A DNA stretch of 64,000 nt from Lytechinus pictus (taxonomy: Eukaryota), in contig NC_087249.1 in NCBI RefSeq assembly GCF_037042905.1, forward strand, positions 9,116,001-9,180,000, written 5' to 3'. The notes under the pieces were generated by a model. It was not told the DNA's origin, did no database searches, and saw nothing but the letters and a program-made list of their open reading frames with translations. Below are positions 38,418 to 50,284 of the stretch, piece by piece (positions within the stretch are counted from its first letter, which is position 1; each line of letters begins with the position of its first letter). The translations under genes were made by a program, and so were the position numbers.

Positions 38418-38815
38418 TTGATTGATTGCTTTTATTTCTGCATTCAATGCATCAAATTTAAGTTTACAAAGTAATAATATGTACAAATGTAGTATTTTTC
38501 TGTATATGATAAAAAATAATAATATTGTTGAAGTACCGGTATAAGCATTGGATCAATAATGATTAAACAAATGTATTACTAAATAATCAAATAGACAATT
38601 TATAAGAATGCAGGAGACCACCATCGTGAGCGATTATGCTCGACAATGATAACAGCCTCATAAAAAGGTACATGTATTTCTTCATTGATCAAGAGTGGGT
38701 GCAAAGCAGGTGCAGTAGTAGGAGCAGTTGATGTTTAACTTAATGGTGTTTCTTTTAAGATTAGCTTTCAAGGAGTACATAGTTGAGCATGATTTAATAT
38801 TGAGTCTTGGAACTC
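38418..38815 (-). mobile_element. Probable CR1/L2-type LINE 3' end fragment
   Basis: Minus frame ...NIKSCSTMYSLKANLKR resembles the C-terminal I....S...FK..LK motif, followed by UTR-like sequence, AATAAA and a (caat)n tail. Confidence 0.5.
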
Positions 38816-38940
38816 TTGTTGGAATGCTCCCCAGGGAGTGGAGAAGGTGCATACATTGTACGCAGGCATGTAAGGATCCGATAACAGGGGTAATATAAGC
38901 TGTAAAGCGCTTTGGGCCATCATGGGAAAAGCGCTATATA
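38816..38940 (+). mobile_element. SINE/LINE-type 3' tail fragment interrupted by a later insertion
   Basis: gtaaagcgctttgggcc...aaaagcgctatata; the tail resumes as atagctattattattattatt at about 39777-39800. Confidence 0.65.
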
Positions 38941-39776
38941 AACAAGGCAAACGCCAAGCGTTGTCTCGCCTGCATATTGCAGTCATGAAGAGACTGCATG
39001 TCAAAACTACATGTATATGACTTAGATGGACCTCTGTTACGAGTTTGGCGATCCCACCTCGAAGCTATAGAAAGTTATTGTGTGTACAACACAGCACAGT
39101 GCCAGTCATGGAAAGTTCATTGACCTTTGACCTTAATCAAATTCAACTCACATTCGAACTTGACCTGCACCTTCAAAAGATGGACCTCTTGTATGAATTT
39201 GGCAATCCTAACTCGAAGATATAGAAAGTTATTGTGTGTACAGCACAGCACAGTGCCAGTCAAGGAAAGTTCATTGACCTTTGACCTTATTCAAATTCGG
39301 CTCACATTTGAACTTGACCTGCACCTTCAAGAGATGGACCTGTTATGAATTTGGCGATCTCACCTCGAAGCTATAGAAAGTTATTGTGTGTACAACAAAG
39401 CACAGTGCCAGTCATGGAAAGTTCATTGACCTTTGACCTTATTCAAATTCGACTCATATTCGAACTTGACCTGTACCTTCAAGAGATGGACGTCTGTTAT
39501 GAATTTGGCGATCTCACCTCGAAGCTATAGAAAGTTATTGTGTGTACAACACAGCACAGTGCCAGTCATGGAAAGTTCATTGACCTTTGACCTTATTCAA
39601 ATTCGACTCATATTCGAACTTGACCTGTGCCTTCAGGAGATGGACCTCTGGTATGAATTTGGTGATCCCACCTCGAAGCTATAGAAAGTAATTGGGTGTA
39701 CAACACAATTGTTGAGGACGCCGACACCGGAAATAGTGATACCTATGTCTCGCTCCGCAACGCAGGCGAGACAAAA
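38941..39776. mobile_element. Helentron/HINE (DINE-1-like) non-autonomous element carrying a ~154-bp tandem array
   Basis: Subterminal inverted pair ttgtctcgcctgc (38961) / gcaggcgagacaa (39762), terminal hairpin tgtctcgc..gcgagaca, insertion in an A/T run without TSD, internal tandem units. Confidence 0.75.
39026..39705. repeat. Tandem repeat, about 4.4 units of 152-154 bp
   Basis: Unit start atggac at 39026, 39180, 39334, 39486 and 39640; units nearly identical, each containing tgacctttgacc. Confidence 0.95.
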
Positions 39777-40059
39777 ATAGCTATTATTATTATTATTGTT
39801 GTTTGGAAAATTGTTTCAAATATCGGGACCACAATTGCAGAATTTGGGGGGGATATTTTCAGGGGTAATAACAAGCAATTATGCGGTAAACAGCAAAAAT
39901 CACTATTCTGCCGTAGTTCAAATATTGATTTTCTAAGTAATCTTTAATTATTGTTTGTGACAGATCTTGGGGCGACTCTAGAAAGAATGGTCGCAAAAGA
40001 GCATGTATTTTGGAGGAATTTTAGCTGTCATGGGGGTGAAATCGCCGGTTGCCCTCAAT

Positions 40060-40650
40060 GACATGGAAGAAGGGAGGGAAGGTAGGAGGGAGAAAGATGG
40101 TGATGACGAGGAGGGAAGGATGAAGATGGAGGAGATGTTTAGGAGGAATGGAAAGGTAGATGAGAATGAACAATTGGGTCAAGAGGATAAAAGAAGAGAA
40201 AGGGAGAGAAAAGAGGAGGAAGATGAGGAGGAAAAGGATGAGGAAGGGGAGCAGGAGGAGGAGGAGGAAGAGGATTGGGAAGAGAAGGAGGGCCAAGAGG
40301 GGAAAGGGAATGTGAGGGAGGAAGAAAAGGAAAAGGAGGAAGGTAAAAAGAGAAAGAGGGAAGAAGAGGAGGAAAAAGGGAGGAAGAGGATGGAGAGTAG
40401 GAGGAGGGGGCAAGAGGGAGGTGGGGAAAAGGGGGAGGGGGCAAAGGAATAGGGGGAGGAAGGGGAGGAGGAGGGGTTGGCAAGAGGGAGAGGGGGAAAG
40501 GGAGGAAGGATGCAAAGATATACTTAACAGGAAAGGGAGGAGGGAGGAGGAAAGAGTGGGAAAATGAGGATATAGAAGGGAGGGGAAGAATGAAAAAGAG
40601 AGAAAAAATGAAAAGATGGAGGAGTAGGTTAATAGGACTGGAATAAGAGG
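40060..40650. repeat. Polypurine (GA-rich) low-complexity tract
   Basis: Almost only A/G on + for about 600 bp. Confidence 0.92.
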
Positions 40651-40988
40651 AACAGATGGTCAGGAAAAGAGTTCAAAACAGGGTTGAAGAGCCTGCTTTA
40701 CTATCAAAATTTCCAACAAGGGTACCGTTAGTTGGCAACCATAGTTTTCATCTGCTATATATTGCTCTTATGGAAAAAAAAATATAATTTCTTTCACGTT
40801 TTACTCTTACATCAGTAACTTCTAGACTGATGCCAAAACAAGCAATTGCTAGTGGCCATCAAACTTTGAAAAAAATGTATTTTAATGAAACTGAAATAAA
40901 AATAAAAATCAATTACTAATCAAAAATATCTCTACTTATTATCTGTTCATATGAAAATCAAACAAATGGGATTTATGAGAAAAATCAT

Positions 40989-41144
40989 GGGGAGTGTTTC
41001 ATCAACATTTATGTCCGAAAAATTGTCAGATCTGAAAACTTTCCTTGATTTTGATTGGCTGATGACAGTTCCTATGGTAACTGTTGGATAAAACAGGACT
41101 TTTTTGATAAAATGTCTGACAAGTCCTGTCATGAAACACTCCCC
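40989..41144. mobile_element. Harbinger-like MITE, family G
   Basis: ggggagtgtttcat ... atgaaacactcccc TIR; inverted copy at 46620-46778. Confidence 0.85.
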
Positions 41145-41200
41145 TAGATTCAAAGAAAGTTTGTCTCATGCGCAATCGTTCAAATACTGAATAAAAATAC

Positions 41201-41420
41201 CTCTGAGAAAGGCCGGCCTTTACGTTCCGTCTTGAAATGATAGTCGCAGAGTTCACATGCATCTTTTCCTCTTGTCTGTAGCCATCGTTCCAGGCACTTG
41301 CGATGTTGGTAGGTGAGCGTTCCTGAGCAATGGCAGGGGGCAAGTAAGCCATCGTCTGAGAGAGGACCCTCGTGGCAGATCCGGCAAATGGGACCTTCAC
41401 CACTGCTCTGCGATCCAAAA
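41201..41420 (-). CDS. MARCHF2/3: MARCH2/3-like exon, RING-CH (RINGv) domain
   Basis: ctcctag|T acceptor and GAG|gtattt donor. Encodes GPICRICHEGPLSDDGLLAPCHCSGTLTYQHRKCLERWLQTRGKDACELCDYHF (C4HC3 RINGv). This frame is missing from the ORF track. Confidence 0.96.
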
Positions 41421-41909
41421 CTAGGAGAGTCAGAAAAATATGGTTCATTGGAGCGAGCTGGACAACATTGATTTTAATTTTTTCAAGAAATAAAATTCCA
41501 ACCAGATGTATAAGTTAGTTAACAGTTATGGTTTGTCAAAAAGAATTTTACTGAAGAGCAGGAATAGGAATGGTATTGTTATAACAGGTGGCCATACATG
41601 TATATGTAAAGCAAACGCCTTGGCATAAACGTAATCGTCAAGATTTGTCATATATTGTTCATGATTTGGATTTTAATGTAATATGCAGCTTCATAGCAAT
41701 AAACAAACATGGAAATCAATTATAGCAACGTTGGATTCACAACAAAAATAGTGAATATATTACAGACTTGCCAACATTTGAAATGCAGAAAACTGAACCA
41801 ATTATTGCGAGGGAGTGGAGTGACCGATTACGAGTGGGTGTGGGAGGGGGGTGTCGCCCCTCACACGGTAGGGAGCTTTTGCATGTTTGGACCTACAATT
41901 GTGCAATCT

Positions 41910-42066
41910 GGGGCTTGTTACATAAAACTTTTTACCTGAGAAAACTCTGGTAAAAACTGAAAACTAAGGTTAGTCTGATTTCTGCCAATGACTTTAACAC
42001 AGGGCAAAAACTCTGGTAAAAACAACCTGAGTTTTCTCAGGTAAAAAGTTTTATGCAACGGGCCCC
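41910..42066. mobile_element. Harbinger-like palindromic MITE
   Basis: ctg|gggcttgttacataaaactttttacctgagaaaactc ... gagttttctcaggtaaaaagttttatgcaacgggccc|ctg. Confidence 0.85.
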
Positions 42067-42913
42067 TGGTGTATACCTTGAGAGAAAATTTAGCCTCAAG
42101 AATTAGTGCATCTTGGTGCGTTATGATTTGCTTAACCAGAATACAGAAATAGATAAATAAAAAAAAAACAATTATGATATTAATAATTGACACACTATGC
42201 AAGTATGGATAGCCAAATGTAAAAAAATCTCCAAATCAGAACGTTCAATTTTTAGGGAAATAAAAACTTCAAAAACTGGACAATTCAGTTTCAAACTGAA
42301 CCGTTGGCAACACTGATATAAACCAATGCACAAGTTCCTTGAGCTGTCGTCCGTCCATTCCAAGAGTTTTCACTGGACCCAATTCTACTCTACTACAGCT
42401 CATCTGCAACTTTCGACTTTCGAGGGCCATTATATTTACAGGGGGGTGGGGGAATAGGATGCAATACCCTTTAATAGCCATCTCGAAGAGGCTGCCAGCC
42501 ACCACAAATAACAATGGCTACAAATACTACTACAGTAAATAAATGAATAAATGTTATGAAATCAAAATCATTCTGCTTTCACACTGAAATACCATTATCA
42601 TTGTTACAACTATTCATCTAGCAATTCATATTCACGTCTTAAAAGTTAAAAACAATATTATTTTTGCTGATGATTAATTGCGTTTAAACTTTTTTTTTTT
42701 GGGGGGGGTGTTGGAAAGGAAGCTAAATGAATCCAAGCATCTTTATACCTGTTAAGTACTAAGTAACGGAAACTTAAGAAATTTCTTTAGATCCCCATAT
42801 TGGTTAAGTTGAGATCCAAACTGTTAACATTAAGCTTGGGTGACCCCTTCTCCCTGATAGTACACACCCTTTCCTATTCAGAAAGAGACAATGAATGAGA
42901 TCTGCCCCTACGC

Positions 42914-43338
42914 TAGGTGGTTTCAAACTGAAGCGATCACAAGAATCCCCATTAAATTACTAGGATATTTTCAGGCTAAAAAAATTCCTGCATTCACACC
43001 GTCCCAAAACATACCCTTCGGAAAAGTTCTCAAAGTTAGAGCATGTGCAGTACGGTCTGATAAGCAGGCAAGGCGCAAGATTCAAAATCACTAGCTCAGC
43101 AGCCACCCATGGCACCCGTGCCCAACTACACGCTGGGCCAAGAGAGTTCCTGTAATTTGCTTCCACGCTGCTAAAATAACTTCGACCTTGGACAATACCC
43201 ATGAAATTCTCGTAATTTTTACAAGAACCTACTATTTAGTGGGTTTTTTTCTTTCAAGGATATTATGCATAATCTGCTTTTCACACTGCCAAAAAATAAC
43301 TGGAACTGACAAAATTTGAGGCAGTCTGAAACCACCTA
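42914..43338. mobile_element. MITE-like TIR element
   Basis: taggtggtttcaaactg ... cagtctgaaaccaccta. Confidence 0.65.
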
Positions 43339-43824
43339 TTGTATGTGAAGGACTTACCATAAATACAACATATTTTTTTTCAGTCTTAATCAAAGACTTG
43401 TAAAAACACTCCTAAATGGTCTCTTTTCAATTCCCAACGTTGATCGACCTTTCCTGCCAGGAAGTAAAGAGTTTAAATGATTAGACTAATCGATCACAAG
43501 GCTAGCATTGGTGTATCTTCAGACACTTATAGCCTAATAATAGCAGACACCAATCTAAGTCGCTCTTTCTCAATGCGATCACCTTCTGATAATCTGTTAA
43601 TCCCTGATCAATAACCTTTGACAGGCAAGTAGACACAATTGACTGGCATTTTACTAATTCAAGGAATGACTGTACTCACAACAGAACCATTTTCCCGATA
43701 ATAACTGGATCAAGGATTTTCATTTTGGGGTATTGGGATATCGATTGAGCACTACAGAATTGATAAGAATTTCGCTCACATTTCCCAAAACTTAGTCCCA
43801 CTATACGAATATGAAATTTTTTAA

Positions 43825-44442
43825 GAATGGTTTTTAGTCCAAACTTGGATATTTCAGAATTCCAAGATTAAAAAAAGAGTAAAATTCAGAGAAAAATGCT
43901 GAAAATTTCATCAATATTGGATAACAAATAACAAAGTTATTGAATTTTAAAGTTTATCAACATTTTGTGAAAACAGTTATATACACATGGTCATGAATAT
44001 TCATTAGGTGAGCTGATGATGTCACATCCCCACTTTCCTTTTTCTTATGTTATTACAATACATGAAATCATAAATGTTCACTTTTTCCATACATGTGTAA
44101 ATTATGTGTCTCCATTATGATAAAATAAATTTCAGCAATAAATAACTAATGCACTTAATCAGGTGTCAATCCAATGGTTTTAGTTCTTGGTAGAATTTTT
44201 TTTAATAAACCTAATTTCATATAACAAAATACAAAAGAACAAGTGGGGATATGACATCATCAGCCCACCCAATGAATATTCATAAAGACATGCCTAGAAC
44301 TGTTCCACCGGAATAATGCAAATCTTTAAAATTCAATAAATTCATTATTTGTTACCCGATTTTAATCAAATTTTCAGCAGTTTGCTCTTTGAATTTTACT
44401 ATATTTATTGAAATATAAATATCTCCAGCCTGGACCATCCCT
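43825..44442 (-). mobile_element. TTAA-type (Kolobok/T2-like) MITE, family B (left end degraded)
   Basis: Right end ccagcctggaccatccct|ttaa; reverse-complement copy of 46893-47474. Confidence 0.85.
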
Positions 44443-45199
44443 TTAAATTCCCCCTGAAGTCAGTAAGTACTTTGATTTCTTATATACATCAGATTTTATC
44501 ATAATGCATTTGTGTAGTGGATATAGGCCTATATATCGAATGAATGAAATTTGAGTAGGTAGGCTTAGATTATGGAATTCAATTAAAAGATAATTAATGG
44601 TCACTGTTTTTTCCTTTATTTTAAAATAAATCTGTCATTTTTTTTTTAATCCCTCCTCTCCACTTTTCTACACTTTTTTATAAAACAATTTCGCCTGTGA
44701 GAAAAGTATGTTATCGTGCAACAAGTCTATTCTACTATACTATTTTCCTTTTGTTACATCAAGGGGGGTGATATAGATGCTTAGGCTACACCCTGAATAC
44801 ATATGGGCCTATCTTTCCTTCCAAAACTTTGTATTTTAAAATGAAAGTACGCCTATATTGCAATATCTGAGCAGAATAGGAAGTTGTAAAACTTTTTCCC
44901 CTCTCTGTCTTTTTTAAGCTAATTGTCCTCTATCCATGACTACTAAATACCATATCCAGACAATGAAGGTTGCCCCTCTTTATATTGGGGAAGGATGGAC
45001 AGACCATGATATACCGGTAATCCTTATATTGTCCATTTTCTATTCATCAACCCACCCTGTCCAGACATATGGCAAACAGGGTGCATTCACACCTACCCAA
45101 TCAGGAAAAATAATTTTAAACTGTGAGTGCCTGTCCCAGTGAAGCATTTAACAATGTTGGGCTAAAACTAATTACATATCTATAAATTGACATTCATCA

Positions 45200-45690
45200 A
45201 GCAAAATGCTGCAAAATTTCATAAAAATCAGATAACATATGTTAAATATTGAATTTTTTAGTTTAGCAATAATTTGTGAAAACTGTCATATGCATGCCGT
45301 CATGAATACGCAGTAGGTGGGCTGATGATATCATATCCCAACTTTCCTTTTTATTAATAACTGTACATGAAATTATAATTATTTTCATACATGTATGTAA
45401 GATATGTCTCCCTGTGGTAAAACATCGAAATAAAAAAAATAGAAAATGAGTTTTATTGTATCAAGAGACAAATCATAAGGAAAAAAGTCATCATAACAAT
45501 TAAGAAATTGAAATCCATGCATCCTATGTATAACATAACATAGGGGACAGCTGCTCACATTTGAGGCCACGAAACAAAATTCTAACAATAATATTCTTAA
45601 TCTTTGATGAATTTTCCTCAAACTTTCACCAATATTTTTTTTCCGCTTTTTTTAACAATAAAGTTTGTTTTGTCAGGGTGAACTTCCCCT
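45200..45690. mobile_element. Degraded or chimeric TTAA-type MITE
   Basis: Left part resembles family B (gggctgatgata.catatccc); right end is the family D terminus gtcagggtgaacttcccct|ttaa. Confidence 0.6.
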
Positions 45691-46619
45691 TTAACACTCC
45701 AGTTGAAAAGGATCTGCATTCTCCTTGCCTAATAAAACATAAACTGTTCTTGAAATTTACTTTCACAATGAAAAATATGCTGATGACCAAGGAGAAATCT
45801 TTGAGAAAAAGGTCACATAATTTAAAAAGTACCTACTAATTTAAGTGATCAGGCTTCTTTGAACAAATTTCTCATAAGTCTAGAGCAAGCAAAATTTTTG
45901 ACCTTTCTAAAATGATAATTTACTTTTGATATAGATTTTCACATAATATTCAGAAAATACCCTCACCAATTTTCCTTTTTTCTAATTTTTTTTTTTTAGG
46001 GGGGGTCATAGAACTTTTGAAGGGGAAGGGGGGGGCTTGGCCCCCAAGCCCCCATCTGTACATCAGCATCAGTAACATTACAAGTAATTGGTTTTCTCAC
46101 TGACAAAGTGCACAGCATTATTATTTTTTTTTTTTGAGGTAGAGGTTCAAGTCAACAAGTACAAGGAATTTTCATAGTTGTGCAGGTGTGAAAGCCTCCA
46201 TTTGGGCTTCATGGACTGGACATGAATGAATTCACACATTACAATGTGTCACAACTCTTCTATCCATCATTACCTCACGCCCTGACAAGTGGTCATTATG
46301 TTTTTCTCACTGGGCCATTGGGTGACCTCAGCACTAATTGGAGGTCTCCTGTGTCCAGTGCGTGTTGTTGACTGACCAGTGGTGCCAAAAGGGAACGGTC
46401 AATAGAACAAATGTCCACTCACATCAGCTCAGCTCTCATTAACGCGACTTCATACATGGCAGATGTGTCCAGTTTATATATTGTAGGCCTATAGTATGAA
46501 TGAATGTCCTGAAAATTTAGTTATTGAAAAGTTCTATGGTGTATTACGCATCACAATTAGCCAGCAGTTTTGTCCAATAAGAGATGAGCATACACTCATG
46601 AATGGCTACCATTAGTCCA

Positions 46620-46778
46620 GGGGGGAATTTCATGAAAGGACTTGTCGGACGTTTTATCCGACAAGTCCCATTTTATCCGACAGTTACCATAGGAACAGTG
46701 CCTCTCAGTCAATCAAAATCATGGAAAGATGTCACATCTGACAACTTGTCGGATGAAAATATTGATGAAACGCTCCCC
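46620..46778. mobile_element. Harbinger-like MITE, family G
   Basis: gggggaatttcatg ... tgatgaaacgctcccc; inverted homolog of 40989-41144. Confidence 0.82.
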
Positions 46779-46892
46779 TGGATTATTGAATTTGGTGTGA
46801 GAAAAGTAATAGCCGGGGTCATCCGGGCAAAACATTTGGCCAGTGTGAAGAGGAAAATTTAGAGTACTTGGTTAAGGATAGTATGAGGTTAA

Positions 46893-47474
46893 ATGGATGG
46901 TCCAGGCTGGAGATATTTTTATCTCAATAAGAGTAAAATTCACAAAGCAAAATGCTGAAAATTTGATCTAAATAACAAAGTTATTGAATTTTAAAGATTT
47001 GCATTATTCCGGAGAAACAGTTCTAGGCATGTCTTTGTGAATAATCATTAGGTGGGCTGATGATGTCATATCCCCACTTGTTCTATTGTATTTTATTGTA
47101 TGAAATTAGGTTAATATTTGAAAAAATTTCTACCAAGAACTAAAACAAATGGATTGACAATTGATTAAGTGCATTAGTTATTTACTGCCACAACTTAATT
47201 CATCATAATGGAGACACATCATTATACACATATGTAAAAATGAAACATTTATGATCTCATGTAATAACATAAGAAAAAGAAGTGGGGATGTGACATCATC
47301 AGCCTACTTAATGAATATTCATGATGATGTGCATATAACTGTTTTCACAAAATATTGATAAACTTTAAAATTCAATAACTTTGTTATCTGATTTTGATGA
47401 AATTTTCAGCATTTTGCTCTGTGAATTTTACTCTATTTATTTAGATATAAATATTTTCAGCCCGGACCATCCCT
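46893..47474 (+). mobile_element. TTAA-type (Kolobok/T2-like) MITE, family B
   Basis: TTAA|atggatggtccaggctg ... cagcccggaccatccct|TTAA. Confidence 0.9.
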
Positions 47475-47495
47475 TTAATGAGAGTACGAGGTTAA

Positions 47496-48098
47496 AGGGG
47501 AATCCAGCCTTGGCCATAAAATGATGTGTTGGGACGGAGAAAAATGAATTAAACAGAATGGTGAAAGTTTGAAAGAAATCGGTCAAGCAATAAGAAAGTT
47601 ATAGCTGCTTTAAAATTGAGATCACTAATACTATGTAGATTTCAAATTGGCAACTGGGTAAGTAAATTATGACAAGGGGCAAGGACAATTTTCCCATAGG
47701 CCATGTACTTTATTATCAGGGATTTGTGGTTTTCTCCTAAGTACCAATTCCCCTGTGGCAGTAATCTAAATATAACCCAGGTAGTATATTGTTTTATGTC
47801 CTCATGGAAGAAAAATATAATTTGAAATAAAACTTTTGGGAAAAATGACATTTTAGCCATAATATGTATTGGAGTACATGGAAGAGTAGTCCTTGCCTTA
47901 CATCACTATGACATCACATATGCGGCCAATTTGAAGTCTCCATGGGTGTAGTGATTACCAATATTTACAACTTTTAAAAATTCATAACTTTCTTGTTGTT
48001 CGTCCAATATTGTTCAAACTTTCACCTATCAACTTGTCTGATATTTCTTTTCCTTACACGTGTACAAAAACAAGTTTTTATTTGGGTTTGATTCCCCT
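47496..48098 (-). mobile_element. TTAA-type (Kolobok/T2-like) MITE, family A
   Basis: TTAA|aggggaatc ... gattcccct|TTAA; reverse complement of 5607-6202. Confidence 0.92.
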
Positions 48099-48584
48099 TT
48101 AAGAAAATGTCATGAGAAATTTCAATCAAGCCTTACAATTTCAAATTAGCACATTTTCACTGCTTTCATGAGATTTTGAGATGTGTTCATGTTTTGTGGC
48201 TATTTTGAACGGCTGCAAGTATTCGATTGAATTCAATTTTTTATACCATGACAGTACAACTATAGCATTTTAAGGAATCAAGTGAGACAATTAAAGCTTG
48301 TTTAAATTCTGGGAGATTATGGACATTCGACAGTATTTAAAAAAAATCATGACTTAGGCCTCTAGGGGCACTTCATGAAAACAGTAAGAAATTAATTGCT
48401 TATATGATGCTTGTGCAACAGAAAGCATATGAATCAATTTACTAAAATTGAAATTGATTATAACAATAAATATTCATTTATTTTCTTGCAGCACCGCGTA
48501 AGAGTGGTCTAGATATGGCATCAGGTTGATTTCTGGGCACGAGACTCTTTCATCCATAGGGTCTACAAACCACCATACTGCAGT

Positions 48585-49240
48585 ATCAGAGACCCCGATC
48601 TCATCTACTTTCTTGAATTAGTTTAGCGGAAACCAGTTTAGTGGGAACCAGTTTTGTCTGTCATGGGAACGCTTGAAGCAATGTTAAGTGGTCTTCTAAA
48701 CCAGTTTGGAAAACTACCTCGTAATGTGGTTTTCATGACTACTTTGCCTCGTTATAAAACTGGATTAAGCATAGGTGAGGACATAACCGTTCTTCGTGAA
48801 ACAATCTTCCGACAGAGGTACCAGAGACCATAGTGTGAGAACGTTGGGTGTGCTACTCAGTACACACTGTGCATGTGGAGAATGCGTAAGTTTGCAGTTT
48901 AAAATTTCGTGCAAAACATGTGACCCCACTGAGAGCATTCCCACAGCAACAGGACCACTTTACGACAAGTAGTTCAGGGGGGGGGGGGGGGGTTCACAAA
49001 GATTTAAGTATGACTTAGAGTCGCACTTAAATGTCTAGTTGCGTGCAGTATAAAAGGCATAACCGCATTGGTCAGATCTTGTCATGAGGACGCGCACTAC
49101 TGCGTATCTATCAATAAGATCGCGCGTTGCATATCGTGTACGCGTCGGCATTTAACTGCAACTTAAGTCATACTTAAATCTTTGTGAAACACCACCCTAG
49201 AAACCAGTTCAGGAGATGGTGATGAGAATGATGGTGAAAA
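48585..49240 (-). mobile_element. Dispersed repeat (aaaccagttt-rich), interrupted by a MITE
   Basis: Inverted homolog of 50750-51210 (e.g. aaccgttcttcg and ccccactgagagc versus gctctcagtgggg and cgaagaacggtt). Confidence 0.75.
48978..49197. mobile_element. Harbinger-like MITE nested in the 48585-49240 repeat
   Basis: ttcacaaagatttaagtatgactta ... taagtcatacttaaatctttgtgaa perfect TIR. Confidence 0.88.
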
Positions 49241-49418
49241 GATGGAAATAACTTGTTTAAGGCATGGATGTGGATCCGCTTGCGCTTTCTATTCATTTGG
49301 GGGATGGCGCTTTGTATTATACGTAATATCCCCCCCCCCCCCAGATGAATAGAACTTTCTGCGGATCGACAAAATTGGTAAGGGAAACCAGATTAAGAAA
49401 GCCTCAACATATCTGTAC

Positions 49419-50284
49419 CTGGTCATACTGATAACTGACATTCCCTTTGGTCCGGATGGTTCACATTGCTGAAGACAAGATTGTGTCCTTGGAGACCTTG
49501 ATCCATGAAAATCATCTAAATCATTCTCAGTCATAATCACAAGGCACTCCTCGGGTTCACAGATAGACTGGGATGTCCCTCCGATGCACTTGCTAAGAGT
49601 TTGCTCTTCCTGGTGGAAGAGGGTTTTGTGTTCGGCCGTACTGCAGATGGAATGGTTGCTTCTGATAGGTCGGAAGGTGGTCGCTGCTGGTGGAGAAACA
49701 GGCATGCTCCTCAAAAGGGATCCATTGGGATGGATGGGGGATAAGGAAGGCAAGATAGGGCTGGACATCCTTGCGCTTGGACACTGCGGATATGATGATG
49801 GTAATGCTTTTGGATGAGACTCGGAGCACTTCTTGATGCACTCTTGTAATGTGTCTTTGGTGTCCCTGAAATGCTGTTCAGGTACCTGAAGATTCCTGCC
49901 GTTCATATCAGTTTGACAGCCGCTGTTCACAATGGAGTCCAATGAAAAAGTACCAGGTCCCGGGACACCAGTAACATTGTCCAGAGCGTCTTTGACACCA
50001 TTTAAAAGACAGTCTCTCTCTCCAAGACTAGAAGTACTGCTACCATGACATCCCCTCTCCTGGCTAACCTTACTGGATTCAGATCTTTGTCCAAGCTCAC
50101 TTTGGCTTCCTTCTTCCTCCGCACCGATCAAGCTCTGCATACTGCAGTCATCGTCAGATCCCTCAGCAGAATCTATCCAGCGGAGGGATGGCAAAACAGA
50201 GCCATCACATTTCTGCTCTTCCTTCCTGCTCGAAGGCACCTCCCCTGTCTCCGTCCCCTGACCCTGGGTCGGGTTACAGCCATC
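49419..50284 (-). CDS. MARCHF2/3: MARCH2/3-like large N-terminal exon (866 nt, Ser/Pro/acidic, likely disordered)
   Basis: Long open frame (ORF 49289-50239). Acceptor ttttctgaacacag|GAT at 50284 and donor ACCAG|gtacag at 49419. Phase 2 joins the RING exon in frame (AG+T=Ser). Start codon or upstream exon unresolved. Confidence 0.8.

Noticed and set aside
39026..39705. CRISPR-like or coding tandem array
   Set aside because: Whole 154-bp units repeat with no unique spacers, there are no cas genes, the context is eukaryotic, and the frames shift between units.
40003..40515. Glu/Arg-rich and Leu/Phe/Pro-rich ORFs
   Set aside because: Artefacts of a polypurine tract that lacks stop codons by composition.
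41026..41448. 140-aa ORF as listed in the track
   Set aside because: Wrong frame; the real coding frame in 41201-41420 is the RING-CH domain.
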